Shown piece by piece: positions 35,950 through 50,500 of a stretch of DNA of 64,000 bases. The stretch is from Monocercomonoides exilis PA203. Its lineage: Eukaryota > Protista > Preaxostyla. Each line of letters begins with the position of its first letter. The first letter of the stretch is position 1. The notes beneath the pieces are model-generated. The model made no database searches. It was not told the origin of the DNA and saw only the letters and a program-made list of their open reading frames with translations. The position numbers and the translations under genes are program-made. The stretch covers positions 806,001 through 870,000 of the forward strand of contig LSRY02000003.1 in the NCBI GenBank assembly GCA_001643675.2, in the 5' to 3' direction.

Positions 35950-37486
35950 CTACTTTTGTAACCAAGTCGCAAAATAAACCAACTTTCCAGTTGATCCAAT
36001 TGGTCTTGGTTCTTCAATATCAGCATGCTCCATCTTCCCACAAATTATCCATTCTCCTTCTTTATGAAACACTTCTCTTGCAACCTTGTCGAAATTAAGC
36101 ATTGCTATTCCAACATCATTCGCAGTACGTTTTCCTCCGACTCCAAAGAAGTGCACAGCATACGGCTCTTCAACTGCATCTTTTCTATCAGAAGACGAGG
36201 CAGAAGAAGCAGAAGGCAGCAGAGAGGATTTGCTTGTCACGAAGCATCGCATCGGCTGAGCATTCAGAGCACTTGGCGCCCAACGAGCAGCATCCAGGCA
36301 TTGGCCAATAAATGACGCTATACCATCAATATGATCATTTTAAATATGAATATAATCATATAAAGCAAATAGAAAATAATAACAAAAGTTTGTAAAATTA
36401 ATTCAAATTAGTTGAAAAATTCGCTCATTCAAATATTAAAACAGTAAAATTTCAATTTTTTTGAAAATATAATGAAAAATCTTTTCTCTTTCAATAATTT
36501 AAATAAATCTTGATGAAAACCAAACATTTCCTTTCAGCTTCACTGAAAGACGAATCTTGCGCATTTTTATCCAATCCTTTTGTGAAAAACACATCAAAAG
36601 GCTTTCTCAAAGAAGAGCCTGAAATTGCTGAAACCAAGCGTGAAGTCATAGTTACCTGAATACAACATATATTTCCATATTGGAAAGCATGAAATAAAAT
36701 AAAATAAAAAGTAAGAAAAGAAAAAAAAATGATAAAGGTCCTTCGATTTTCACACACTTCATCCTTAACATGACCAACAGGAGAGACCATATACAATTTT
36801 TCGCCTTTCTTTAGGTTCAAAAGAGGTTCGAAAGTCTTTGCACTAAATGTTCCTACGATTTGAAAAAAAATCATCAAAATGTTGAAAAAGGAAATGTCAA
36901 ATAATAATTAAACATTTCCAATCGTTTACATTCATCAAAAATAATAATAATAATCAGAATCACAGTAATTGCAAAAGACGATAGAAATAAAATAAAACAT
37001 AAATACCACCCATCCAACATGTTCCGAGTCCAAGTTGAGTGCAATAGAGTATAATTCTTTGGAAAATTATTCCATGGTCCAAATCGTTTGTTTTTTCATT
37101 AATCACTGTGCACAAGAAATATCGTGCTCCCGATATCATTCCATATGTTCCAAGCTGACCATTAACAGCTTCTTCTTTTGAGATTAATGAGACTCTCATT
37201 GAAGTTCCAAATGGGCCAGTTAAATTTTCGGGTTTTAATAAAAAGGCTTTAATTGAATCCTTTTCCTCTGGAGATAAATCTTTAGTCGTATCATAATTAC
37301 GAATACTTTTTCTGCTCAAGCATAACTCATAAGCATTCAGTTTGTCAAGACCAGTTGAAGGATTCGGTCGATTTCTTTTTGTGTATTTCCTTCTATTTAC
37401 AAGTGACGAAATCAAAAACTGCCCAACCGTAATATGAAAATTTGATTAAGATGAATGGATTTATACCGCTGACATAGCAACGACAT
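35950..37486 (-). CDS. Nitroreductase-family protein (TM1586-like two-lobed type), 5 exons
   Basis: SRKSIRNY, LGTYGMISGA, LGLGTCWMGG, SPVGH, RKPF, ARWAPSALNAQP and DVGIAMLNF. Four GT-AG introns (37466-37393, 37006-36853, ~36757-36655, ~36526-36318) give a continuous frame. Confidence 0.88.
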
Positions 37487-39717
37487 AGCATATGAAAAAT
37501 CGGAATCCCTTTGAAATTTCCTAAAAAAGAAATTTTCAGAATTCAAAAAAGCAATATAAAACTTATACCTTTGTATAAAGCAAAAAGTATGTAACGCCAA
37601 ATGTTGCTAAAAATAGAATTGCGCTCATCAACTTTCTTTAAGGAGAAACAAAACAAATGATGATCCATACTTTTTTTTTGAAACAAAATTTTTCCGAGAA
37701 TTGTTTTATCTTTGGATGCCACGAGTTTATGTTGTTGAAGATGATGATGGTTGTTACACATTAATGATATCTTTGTAAATTTTCAACATTTTCTTTATTT
37801 TTTAAGAAGATATTCAGATGATAAAATCATCGTTCACTGGGTGCACTTGCCGGAAGCGAGAGGTGTTGTGGACAACATCAAGTTGTGGAACTGTTTTTAT
37901 AAAAAAGATTATTACAAAAGTATGATTTGTGCACTTAATTTGCAGATTATTTTATGATTTTTTCAAAAAATGATTAGGGAATATGGAGAATGTTTGTCCA
38001 TTTTTTATAAATAAAATATACTTACAATTATTGTTAAATAATATTACAGAGATTTTATTTTTATTTCATCGGGGTCTTCTTTCGAAGGTGGTTTGCAGTT
38101 GTTTAAAAAAAAAACAATGAATTAATTTTTTTATTCCTCGAATTTTGAAAGCAATTGGTATTGCTTCATCGGATTACACTCCTTCTCGATCAAGCTATCT
38201 TGGAAATGATTGGTCATCAGTCGATTATCATTCATGGTTTAATGCAAATCAAATATTTCAATTATTTTTTGATTTAACTGTTTTTGTTTTGAAGTGGCGA
38301 TTGCTATCATTCCAGAAGTACTTCGGGAAATAGATCTTGGCGTTCAGGGGATATTGTTGGAATTGAGGTTTACTGTTTTTATCTTTTCGTTTCTTTTTAA
38401 AAATATGAACTTGTTTGCTGAAATGCTTGAAAGATTGATATGGATTCCAGAAATGTATGAATATTCTTTTGATTTTATTATGAAACGATGTGGTTTTGAT
38501 ACGAATCAAAATTATTTTTTATATTTCCTTTTCTCTCTTATTTGCTATGGGAATGCAACTTTCTTTGCAGTTATACTTCTTTTTGAATGGTGTGATCCAA
38601 CAAGTAAGTTATTGTCACATACCAGAAAGCGTGAAAATAGGAGTCTGCACGAAATATGCAAACATGGGAATTAGAATAATGAGATTTCGGGAGTTGGATA
38701 AGGCTGAAAGAGAAAGCCATGCTTCAAGGGTTAAAATGGTCAATTGGGAACATAACGATTCAAGTTGGTAGAGATTAAAAATTAAAAAAGGAGGAAAATA
38801 AATAATGCATGCTTCATGTTTGTATGTAGCTGTAATTTCAATTACTTAGAAACTATTAGCTTTGAGAGAAAAGAAGGTGAAAATGCTCATGAAAATTTTT
38901 TTAAAAGGTTACATTTGTTGTTTAATATCGCTTTGTACGATATTGGATGAAAAATTAAAATCATTACAAAGTTGTAGTGTTCTGAATATTGTTTCAATCA
39001 ATGCATTTTTTGATGTTCTCAACAATTAACATTTGAGATGAGTTGTGATTAGAGAGAGCTTAAGCTTTGAAATCATTTCACACAGGACCATTTTTTGAAC
39101 ATTTGTTTCTTTCCACAAGAAATTAATTTTGTTATTTTATAAAATATATTTGCTTCATATGTTTTTGCTAAATTTAATTTTCGGGATGAATTGCGGAATG
39201 TTTTGATGAACAGATGATAAAACATTGATAAAGGAATAGAAAAACAAAAAGAAATGTAATTTATTAGAATTCATATGGATAGAAGAAAAAATGAATCAGA
39301 TTACTGGAGAAAAATCAAAATGAATTTTTTTCGATTAAATAGTCAATGAATTTTTTTTTTTTTTTGTTGAAAATATCTCATGACAAAAATTCGAAATTTT
39401 ATTTTTATTTCATTTGATAGATATCCTTCGCTATTCCTTTTAAAATTTTATAATCAAATATGAATATTTCAACTCATAACAAAGTTTGCAATGAAATGAA
39501 AAATATTCATCGATCTTGCACCTTAATTCATTATTTTTATTCGCCAGTGATTTTTTAACTGTCTTGCAGACTTTTAATAAAGAAACTGGCCTAAATATAT
39601 ATATTCACAGATATAAATGTCTTCACATAGAATTCCTTTACAAGTATATTTTGCAATAACACTTTTTATTGACATTTAAATTTAAAATTTTCTTGTATTC
39701 AATTCGCTTAAAACTAG

Positions 39718-42700
39718 AAATCTTTAAAATCAAATGCTTCCGAAGAACAATCAGAAAAGATTGAAGACCCAGAGATAAACAGTGTGAAAAATGAGAACTA
39801 TTTATTTTTTTGACTTTTCAAATTCATTTTAATTTCTTCAGACCTTTTGCAGCATTCAGGAGTTCGACTTGTTGAAGAGTTGAAAGCTTTGGACCTTAAA
39901 CAGAGAAGGGAACAAATTAAAATTAAAAAATGGCAAAATAGGCAAGAAGAGCTTGAACGGGAACTTGTTTGAATGAATTTATCAAAAAAAGAAAAATTGT
40001 AATGTTTTAATAAAATATTTTTAATATTAGGAACAAAGACGGCAACTTCGCCTTCAAAAAGAAGAGGAGAAAAGAAGAATCAAAGAAATTTCGCAAGCAT
40101 TACAAGAGCGTGATGCTGAATTGAGAAGGAAATCTTCTGTTCCTCGCAAATCTCGCTCACTCTTTGAACCACAACGCCAGAGAGAAAGGCGTTCCACTTC
40201 ACGACCATCCGTTGAACGCTTATCTACAGCTACACTTTTAGCAAAGATGAATGAAAAAAACTTTCATGATTTTGTTCTCATCTCTGAAGCCAAGCAAAAA
40301 GCGATGAAGGAGAAAGAAAGAAATGAAAGAGATAGAGAAAACTCAAAAAGTGATAATAGCGAATGGGAAGGAGAGGCAGAAGCCAAAGCCGAATTGAGAG
40401 AATCGCATGAATTGGACTTTAACGAAGACACTTCACCAATCTCTTCTTGTGCATCTCCACATTTGCCTGATTCTGAACCAGCCGAGCAAAATGATGTTCA
40501 GAGCAATCAAAGAGGCATCAGAGACAGAGCAAAAGATGGAGCTGCTCGTCATTCCATTGCATTTTCTGCGAGTGCTTTATACAACCGCACATCTTCTTCT
40601 GCTTCTTCTTCTTCATTCAATTCTTCTTCAATGTCTTTTGCGACTCATTCACAACTGCGCAGCTATTCTCCTTCTCTTGTTGATAATCTTCCTCTTTTCA
40701 AGCCTTTGCTGTTCAAACAATTGGAGGAGCAAAGGAAAAAAACAAAGCAAGCTGAAAAATCGAAAAGAGAAGAGCTTATGCTTGATTCGAAGGAAGAGAA
40801 AGAAAGAGCGAAATCCAATGAAAGAAGAAGCAAAAGCAGACCTTCTTCTTCTTTGCGAGCATCAAAAACATCAACACGAACATTAGCTTCTTCATCTTCA
40901 TCTTCTTCATCACCTTCCTCTTCCTCTTCCTCTTCTTCTTCTTCTTCTTCTTCAGCCACATCCAACTCTCCATCTCTATTTTCTATGCTCCACACGAATG
41001 TCGCGATGATAACGAGAATACAAGAAGGGCAGAAGAAGAGGAGGGAGATCGAAGAGAAGGAAAAGAGGGAGAAAGAGCTGCAGCCGAACACAGCAGAGTG
41101 GCGGGAGAAGATGCGAAGCAAAGCAGCAGAGAACGGAAGAGGAAGAAGTTCAAGCAGAAGTGTAAGCAGAGAAAATGGAGGAAAAGGAGGAAGAGAAGGA
41201 GGAGGAAGAGGAAGAGGAGAAAGAGGGGTTTCTTCTTCTCTTCTGGCTGTTCCTGACACTTTCTACTCGTCTGCAAAGAACTTGGAAGTTTTGAGGGCAA
41301 GTTTGTCTCCCAACAGAAGAGCAGCGTCTGCCAGCAGCAAACAACAAAGTGAGAAGGAGAAAGAGAAACCAGCTTTTCGTCCTTCGTCTTATTTTGCTTC
41401 GATTCCAAAACTATATCGAAAGAATGATTCTAATTCTTCTTCTTCTTCTTCCTCCTCCTCCCCTTCTTCTTCTTCTTCTTCCTCTTCCTCCTCCTCTTCT
41501 TCTTCAATGAAAGCAACATCCCGTGCTAATTCAAGTGTTTCACACACAAATCAGAAGAGGCCGTCTTCATCGATGACACGAAGAACACGCACTTCATCAA
41601 ACACTCCAAATACACCACAACACTCTGATTCATCTGCTTCTCCTTCTTCTTCTTCTCCTTCTTCTGCTGTTGCTGATGTTACTGATGCTTCTTCTCCTCT
41701 TCCAATTTCTTCTTCTTCAGATGAATCGCAATCACAAACACTTGAGTCAGTGCCAAATGAGAAAGAAGAAGAGAAAGAAATTGCAAAAGAAGAAGAAAGA
41801 GAAAGAGAAGAAGGAAAAGAAGAAGAAGAGAAAAAGGAAGGGCAAACAGAAGCAAATCAGCCAGAGGAAGAAACGAAAGATGATGAAGAGAAAAGCAATG
41901 AAAGGGAAGAAAAGAAAGAAGAAATCAAAGAGAAAGAAGATGAAATGAAAGCTGAGAAAGAGGAAAAAGAAGGAGAAGAAAAAGAAGACGACACGAAGGA
42001 TGAGAAAGAGGAAAAAGGAGAAATGAACGACAAAAAAGAAAAAGAAGAAATAAAAGAAGAAGAGAAAGAAGAGGTGAGAAAGGAAGAGGAAGAAGAAGAA
42101 GAAGAAGAAAAATATGAAAGGGAAAAGATAAACAATGAAGAAGTGAGAGAAGAAGAAGCAGAAGAAGAAGTGAAAGAAGAGAAAATTGAAGAGGAAGCGG
42201 AGAAAGTGGAGCAAGAGGTGAATGGCAACAAAGAAAAAGAAGAAGAAAAAGAAGAAACAAAAAAAGAAGCATTAAAAGAAGGGGAAAATGAGAAAGAGGT
42301 TGAAGAGGAAAAAGAAGAAAAGAAAATTGAAAATGAAGAAGAACATGAAGAGAAGGAAGAAAAGAAAGAAGGAGAAGAAGATGAAAAGAAAGAAATTGAA
42401 GAAATTGAAGAAACAAAAGAAGAGAAAGAAGAGAAAGAGATTTCTGAAGAGAAGGGAGAAGAGAAAGAAGAAGCGGAAAAAGAGGAAAAAGAGGAAATTA
42501 AAACTTTGGATGAACAGATTCTGCAACCAGAAGAAAAGAATGAAGAAACAGAAAAGGAGAAAGAAGCAGCAGAAGAGGGAAAAGAGATTGAAAAGAAAGA
42601 GAAGGAAGAAGAAGAAAAGGAAGAACCAGAAGAAGAAGCAGAAAAAAATGATGAGAAAATTGAGAAACCGGAAAATAAAGAAGTTGATGAAGAAAAGGAA

Positions 42701-43537
42701 AAAGCCAAAGAAGAAGAGAAAGAAGAGAAAGAGGTTGAAAAGAAAGAAGAAAAGGAAGAGAAAACAGATGAAAAAGAAGGAGAAGTTCAAAAAATTGAAG
42801 AAGAAGAAAAAGAAGAAGAAAGAAAAGTTGATTCAGAAATGAAAACAGGTTTATCTGAAGAAGAAGAAGCAAAAGAATTGAAGGTCGAAGGAAATGAACA
42901 AGAAAACGAACAAGTTGAAACAAGTGAAACAGAAAATGATGAAAAAGAAGAGAAGAAATTAGAAAAGTTGGATGAAGCAGCAGAAGAGAAAAATGAAGAG
43001 AAAGAAGAGAAAGAAGAAGAGAAAGAGAAAGAGAAAGAGAAAGAGGAGAAAGAGAAAGAGGAGAAAGAGAAAGAGAAAGAGAAAGAAGTTGAAGAGACTT
43101 CAAAAGAACAGATTCAACAATCAGAAGAAAAGAACGAAGAAGAGAAACAGGATGAAACAAAAGAAGAGAAAGAAGAGAAAGAGGATAGAAAAATGGTAGA
43201 AGAAATGAAGCAAGATATCAAAGAAGGCAAAGAAGAAGAAAATGAAAAAGTTGATGAGAAGAAGAAAGAAGAGGAAATTCTAAATGAAAAGAAAGAAGAA
43301 GGAGGAGAAGGAGAAGAAGAAAAAGGAGAAGGAGAAGAAGAAATTGAGTCATTGGCTGAAAAGGAGGATGACGCATCAGAAGATGAAGAAGGTGATGAAG
43401 AAGAAAATGAGAAAAATGAGAAAAATGAAGGGAAAAGCAAAAATCAAAATAAAAAACCGAATCCTCAACAGAATTCGAATCAAAACAAAGGGAAAAAGCC
43501 GAAGAAACCGAAGAATAAAAGAAAAAAGAGAAGATAA
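39718..43537 (+). CDS. Large Ser-rich and Glu/Lys-rich low-complexity coiled-coil protein; 5' exons incompletely defined
   Basis: 1138-codon terminal ORF, extended upstream by in-frame spliced exons (~39718-39781, 39842-39966, 40031 onward). Basic C-terminus. Confidence 0.75.
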
Positions 43538-44538
43538 ACAGAAAGAAAGATTTTTGATTGAGAGAGATTTCTGAACAAATTTCTTTTTTTGTTGTGATCA
43601 CTTTCATTTTTTTTTTTTTTTTATTTTTTCATTATGGAATCTTCATTTCTTTTTTTATTCATATTCGAAAACTGATCGTATTTCATTTCAAATAAAGCAA
43701 GTTCTCAAACACCTTTTTAAATTAGCTCAGCCTAATTTATGTATATTTTCCCTGATATTTGTGCTTGTTGTGTATCTCAATTTCTTCATTTATTTTCCAA
43801 TTTGCCAACTTTCTCCTTCGTTTATCTTCCTTTTTTCAATACAACCGAAGCAATTCACCTGAATGAAATTATCATTCACTTCATAATCTCTTATTGTGAT
43901 GAGGGCAAAATCAGACTTTGATAAAAAAAAGATTCAATCAAAGCCACCTTTGATCAGATCCATTGTTAAAAAAAGAAAATTTAATATCATTTTTTTATAT
44001 TCACTTTGTGAAAAAACAGTATTTTTTTTTCATGTTTAAAGAAAGAATTCAAAACTTAATTTCCGTTTGAGTTCGGAAAGTTTCAATAAATTCTGATCTT
44101 ATCAAGATGGAATGATTTCTTTATTTTCTTTTGTTTCATTTTTTCTTTTATTTGATCTATGCAAAATTACGAAAAATCCTTATTTTGAACTGTTCAAAAT
44201 AAAAAGCAACGCAGAAATGATTCATCAACAGTTTATAATTTAACGATTATCATTCATTCAAAATAAATGAGTTATTTGATTTGTATGAGAAATAATTTTA
44301 TTATAAAAAGAATAATTTGGCTTCGGTTGATGTTACAATAAGTTTTTCTGTATTAATACACAATCGATATGACTTTTTTTTCATAATTCACATTATCCTT
44401 CTCATTCGCCGAACAAAATTGATGTTTTTTTTTGAATCAAAACATTTTTTTTTGAAAGATCAAAATAATATGGGGCGCAGGAATTTTTTATTTCTCCATT
44501 TTTCCACATCTTCAATAATTGCGATCCACTTCCCCAAC

Positions 44539-47500
44539 ATGAGAGCTGCATTCAATATTTTAGCATTCTTGTTGCTAGTTTCTAACTGCTATTATGGAGA
44601 AGGCATTGCAGAAAGGCAATTTCAACAAAAATGGAACGAGGAGATGCAGGAAGGCAAGATCAGCATTGAAAATGGAAAAAGAGATAACAAAAATTATTTT
44701 GGCAATTCATTGAAGAAAGTAATAAAATCAGCTGACAATCACATTTGCAGTGTTCAAACGAGTCTAAATATCTTCAATTCATCATTGTGTGTGGCCCATC
44801 TCAACATCATCCCTCTCACTGGTTGTCCACTCCTCACGGTCCAACACCACTCATCTGCCACCATCTGCTCCTCCACTTGCCAAGTCAACCAAGCAGCAAA
44901 ATCTCCACTTTTCATCTCTGCCCATGCCTCCCTCGCCCTCACAAACTTCTCCCTCACCACCCACCAACCTGCCATCCTCTCCTTCCCCCTCTTCTCCACC
45001 CCAAACAATCTCCTCCCACATGCCCACTCCCCAATCCCTGCCTCCTTCTCCATCTCCCACTCCTCATTCTCCTCTTTCGTCTCCCTCATCCAGCCCTTCC
45101 TTTTTTCTCCTGCTTCCCTCTCTTCCCCTTCCCCTTCTCCATCTCCATCCCTTTCCCCTTCTCCTTCATCTTTCTCATCCTCATCCTCATCCTCTTCTTT
45201 TTCTTCCCCTTCCCCTTCTTCTTCTATTTCCTCTTTCTCTTCTCCTTCCCCTCTCCATGTCCATCACCAATCCCATCCCCACCTCCAAATCCACCTCAGT
45301 CTCCATCTCTCAAACACCCTCTTCTCCAACATCTCCTCTCCCCAATCCCCTCGATCTCTTCCATCCCTTCCCTCCCACTCACTCAATTCATTCACCTCAA
45401 CCACTTCCACTTCTACCAACACCAACACCAACGCCAATTCAACCCCCTCCTTCTCCCTTCACTCATCTCTTTCCATCCACTCAACCATCTTCCTCCACAC
45501 CCACAACCCCATCGATGGTGCCATCCTCCCCGACCTCAACAGCCCATCCACCTCTCTCTCTGCCTTCAATGCCTCTTTCCTCCACCAAACTCGTTCTTCA
45601 TCAAATGCTGCTGAGGTGCATGTTGGAACAGAATCTCAAAGAGTGAAACCTGGAAGACTTACTTCATTCGATCAAAACAGTCATCGCTTTGAATGGTGTG
45701 AATGGAACGATTCAAATGGTGGATCTTCTGCAGGAGGTGCACTTTGTGTTTCTTGTACAAATGCAAATCTCACAATCACTTCCTGCTCATTTAACAATTG
45801 CTACTGCACAGGAAATGGTCATAGCGGAGCGTTATATTGTGAATTGTTGTTAAATGTGAACATCGCAAAATCCAATTTCACAAGCTGTTCAGCTGCTCAT
45901 GGAGGAGCAGTTCACGCAAGGAATCCACAATCAAATTCTGTTTGGACGTTCTCAGATAACAGAGTCGAAAGTTGTAAAATAACAGATTGGTGCGGAACTG
46001 GTTGGTACTTTTCCCTCTATAGCATGCCCTCAGATGCTCAATTCCTGTTTTCCAAATGCAAGTGCATTGCAAATTCTGGAAAAGATTCTGCTGGTTCTCT
46101 GACATTTTCATATCCTCCAAGCAATAAGCCAAGTCAATTTATTGTAAATGATTGCCAGTTTATAAACAACAAATTGACTGCCTCTGCCAATTATGGAGGC
46201 GCTGCCATTTACTGTTATGCAACATATAACTGGATGAGCGGAAATAAATTCATCACATTCTGTTTCTTCGATGGAAATACAGCAACTAATGGAAGAGGAA
46301 ATGATGTGTTCTTCAGTGGCAATGCCATTACTCAATCTCCATTCGAGAATTGTGGTTCAACAACCCCAACAAAAAGAGTGTGGAACAATGGACAAGCAGA
46401 TAGCGATGTGTACAATGGCTGGCTTCCAATCATCAATCAGAACAAAATCGTTTCTAACAGCGGAACTGATGCTGATGCCTGTGGCAGACCCCAACAGACC
46501 CCATGCGCCACCATCGAGTATGCCCTCAACGGATTCATTTCCCTCCTCCAAGATGCCTCTCTCACCCTCCTCACCTCAATTTTTGTTCCCATTCAAACAC
46601 TAACCTTCAGCGCGGTTGACACCATAATCACTGGAAATGGCACAACTGCCACCACCATCGCCTCCAGTGGCATTCCCCAGCCATCAAACTCAAATTTACA
46701 ATCAACATCTTCTTCTTCTTCTTCATTTTCATCTGCATCTTCTTCACCAAATCCATCTGCCTCGTCTGCCCTCTTCCAACAGACCCAGGGCTCCCTCACA
46801 GTCTCTGCCCTCGCCATCGCCCACAACTCCACAAACCAAATCACCCCCATCCTCTTCCACCTCTCCGGTAACTCCCCTTCCCTCAACCTCAACACAACCA
46901 CCATCACCGGAACAACCTCCATAACAATAAAAACTCCCCTCTTCTTCCTCACTGCTGGCTCCCTCGCCCTCAACCACACAGCAATCACCCAACTCGCCCT
47001 CAACAGCCAAAGCATCTTCCACCTCACCTCCCTCACAAATCCCCTCACCCTCAACTCCTCCAACATCACCCACATCACCTCCACAGCCACCCCCACCAGC
47101 TGTGTCCTCTCCTCTGCCACCTCCCCTGCCCTCTCCCTCTCCCTCGCCAACTGCACCATCACCAACATCAACTCAGAACAGTTGAGCCAACAAACTGCCA
47201 CCAATGGCGGGTGCATCTCATTCGCCTCATCTGCCCCTGCCAATTCGTTTTCAGTGAGTGACACAGCCTTCTCCACCTGCTCTGTGAGCGAGGATACAAG
47301 TTCTGGAGGAAGAGGCGGCGCTCTCATGATCGAGTACAACCATGGCTCACAAGTGACATCCACAACCATTTCCATCACCGATATCGTGTTTTCAGCCAAC
47401 AAGGCCTGTGTCGGAAGAGATATGTATTTTGTGTGCGAATCATTTGTCGCTTCTGTGAAAGAGCCCTTGTTCGCCTTCATGGGAAACATCACTCAGAAAG

Positions 47501-50500
47501 ACAACTCGATTGCTGGACATGATAGAACAGAGGCATTTGGCGATTGGGACGTTGATTTGTTCATATTTTTTGACGGTTTCTTTGATGATACAATATATGT
47601 TGATGGAACATCTGGAGTGGAGAGGGCATATTGTGGACTGGAGAAGGCGCCATGTTACAACGTAAACTACGGAATCGGGCATTTGAAGAGAACACAGAAC
47701 ACAAAACAGGAGATTATTGTTATTTCAAATACGTTGATGGCGGGGTTTGTGGATGTGGGTGGAATATGCATGAAGGCAAAAACTGAGACAATTGTGGAGA
47801 TAGAATGCCAAAGAGAAGCGAGTGGATCTGACGAATGTATTCTGAAATCAGAATCACTGACAGAAATACAGTTCATTGGGATTGTTGTTCCATCGAGTTT
47901 CAGCAGAACAATCTCAGCAGTGATTGAATCGAGCACTCAAAATGGGGAGTTGCACATGAAGAACTGTAAGACGAGTGTTATTGGAGGGAAGCAAAACACG
48001 ATTGGATTTATCTTGATCAAATCGACAGGGAAGATGGTTGAACTCAACTCAGTCACGATATCAGATGTGAAATCAACAGTCTCGCTATTTTCATTTTCAC
48101 TTTCATCAGCTAATGTGAATGAACATGAATACAAAGTGAAACTGTTTAATTGCACATTGAAAGAATTGGAGATTGATGGAGGTGAAGAGGCAGCCGTGAT
48201 TGGAGGGAATGTGGAAGTTGGGATGATGATAAATGGAAGCAGATTTGACGGGGCATTGTCGGAGAAGAGTGAAGAAGGAGGAGCACTGAAAATAGCGTTG
48301 AGTGCAGAAGGATATATTACAATTCAAGAGAGTTCATTTACTGAATGTATTTGTGAGAATATGAGTGAGGGAGGAAAAGGAGGAGGGATATATCTGGATT
48401 GCAGTTCAAATGAAGAAGGATTTCAGCTTTCATCGATATCGTTTTCGGGGTGCTCAGCAACGATAGGGAAGAATATGTTTGTGAAGAGTGGGAATCTGGT
48501 GAACAGTGTGAATACGGAGCGTTTTGCATTTGATTGCTCAGGATATTCTAATGATGGAAATGCATTTGTTGGAGAAGATGAGATTTACGGGGAATTGGAT
48601 CTGCGAGTGTTTCTTGTTTCTTTGAAGTGGATGGTCGTGTCTGTATCGACTGGTGGACATGACACATTGGGATGTGGAAGTGAAAAATTCCCATGTGAAT
48701 CTATGAAAAGTGGAATTGACCACATTGACAGAAGTGGGACAGAAGGAGAAAGGAAAGTGAAAGTGAGGGATGAAGGGACAATTGAAGATATATTTTCTTT
48801 CACAGATGCACTTGTGATTGATGGATGTGCGAATGAGGGAGATGAAACCGAACACAGGCCTATTCATTTTGAAGGGACAATCAAAGGGGATTCTGCAACA
48901 ACTATTATTTCATCAACTGCCTCACTCAGCTTGTTATCTTTAAAATTGCAGATTCGAAGTCAATTTGTACCAAGCATGAATTCACTGATCTCATCGAGTG
49001 GAGTCCTTCAACTTGTAAACTGTTTATTTGAGATTCAATCATCAACAGATATTGTTCAATATTCATTGATATCCACAACCACTGGAAGTTGCACACTGAA
49101 AGGATGCAGTTTGGCGGATTATTCATTTGTCATATCTCCATTTGTGATGGCTTCTTCTGTTTTGTTTGAAAACAGCAACTTTTCAAATATTGCAAATACT
49201 GGAAGTGGAGAAGGAGGTGTTGCAAGAGTGACATTAAAAAATGATGAAAAACTGGAAATCAAATCAACAAATGCATCATCTTGTTCACTTTCATCAAGAA
49301 ATGGAAAAGGAGGATTCTTGTATTTGGATTGTCAAAATTGTTTGGATGAAAAGCCATTTCTCTTTGATGTTGGTGTCACTTTTGAAAATAACAATGCAGC
49401 CACAGGGAAGAATGTGTTCATTTTGGGAAAGGATTTTAATGCTTCTGTGACAAATGAGTCATTTGCCTTCGATTATTCATCAATGATAAATGATGACAAT
49501 TTGTTTGTTGGAAGTGATAACAATCAAGAAAAGGATTTGTTCATGTTTTTGATACCATTCAGCTCATTTGAGATATTTATCTCATCAGAAGGATTTGATG
49601 TTGCACGTTGTGGAAGTGAAGAAGAGCCATGCTTCACAATGTGGAAAGGGATGAAAAATGTGAAAGAAGGAAATGAAAAGAAAACAATTCAAATATCAGG
49701 ATCAACAATTATTCAAGATTCATTCAACATGTCCAATTATCAGATCAAAAAGAGTGTAAAGATGGGAGAAGAAGATACAAAAGCAATGTTGAATTTTGAA
49801 AAGGCAATTGGAAGTCAACTGGAATATATCATGGTGAATGATGTTCATCTTGAATTGGCAAATATCAAACTGCAACTGTCATCTGGGTTTGGCAACTCAG
49901 CCAAAACGATTATTTCAAACAAAGATGGAGATCTGGTGATAAGTGAATGTTCCTTCTATTCAGAAGCAGGAGTGAACAATGGATTTGATTGTGTGTTTGT
50001 GGATGCGATTGAGGGAAGTGTGGAAGTGAACGATTTGTCAATTGAATCATGCAATGTTGGAAACAGTATATTTGGCATTCATGATGCTGGAGTTTCTTGC
50101 CATTTGATGAATGTTCGAGTGGAATTGTTGAATGAAAGTGGAGGTTGCATTTTATCGATCAAGAAATCTGAACAAGGATTGAAGATAAATGAAGGAGTAA
50201 ATGAAGATGGTGCAACTATTGAGATTGGCAATTCATCATTTTCGGGAGTGAAGAGAATTGGAAATGGAGCAAGCATTTTGGAATCAAAGTGTGAGAATAA
50301 GATTTGTTTGGTTGTGAAGGAGAGCAACATTACAGAAGACAAATCAGAAAAAAGTGAAAAAGGAGGTGCAATATACTTCACATTGGGATCGTCTGGTTCA
50401 ATGAAGATGATTGACTCAACAATCACTAATTGCAATTGCAGTATTAGTGAAGGGAAAGGAGGAGGGGTGTATCTGGCAACAGATGAAAGAGGAGAATTGA

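Noticed and set aside
40407-43607. Many Phe/Ser/Leu-rich or Lys-rich overlapping ORFs
   Set aside because: Antisense or shifted-frame shadows of the GAA-rich gene.
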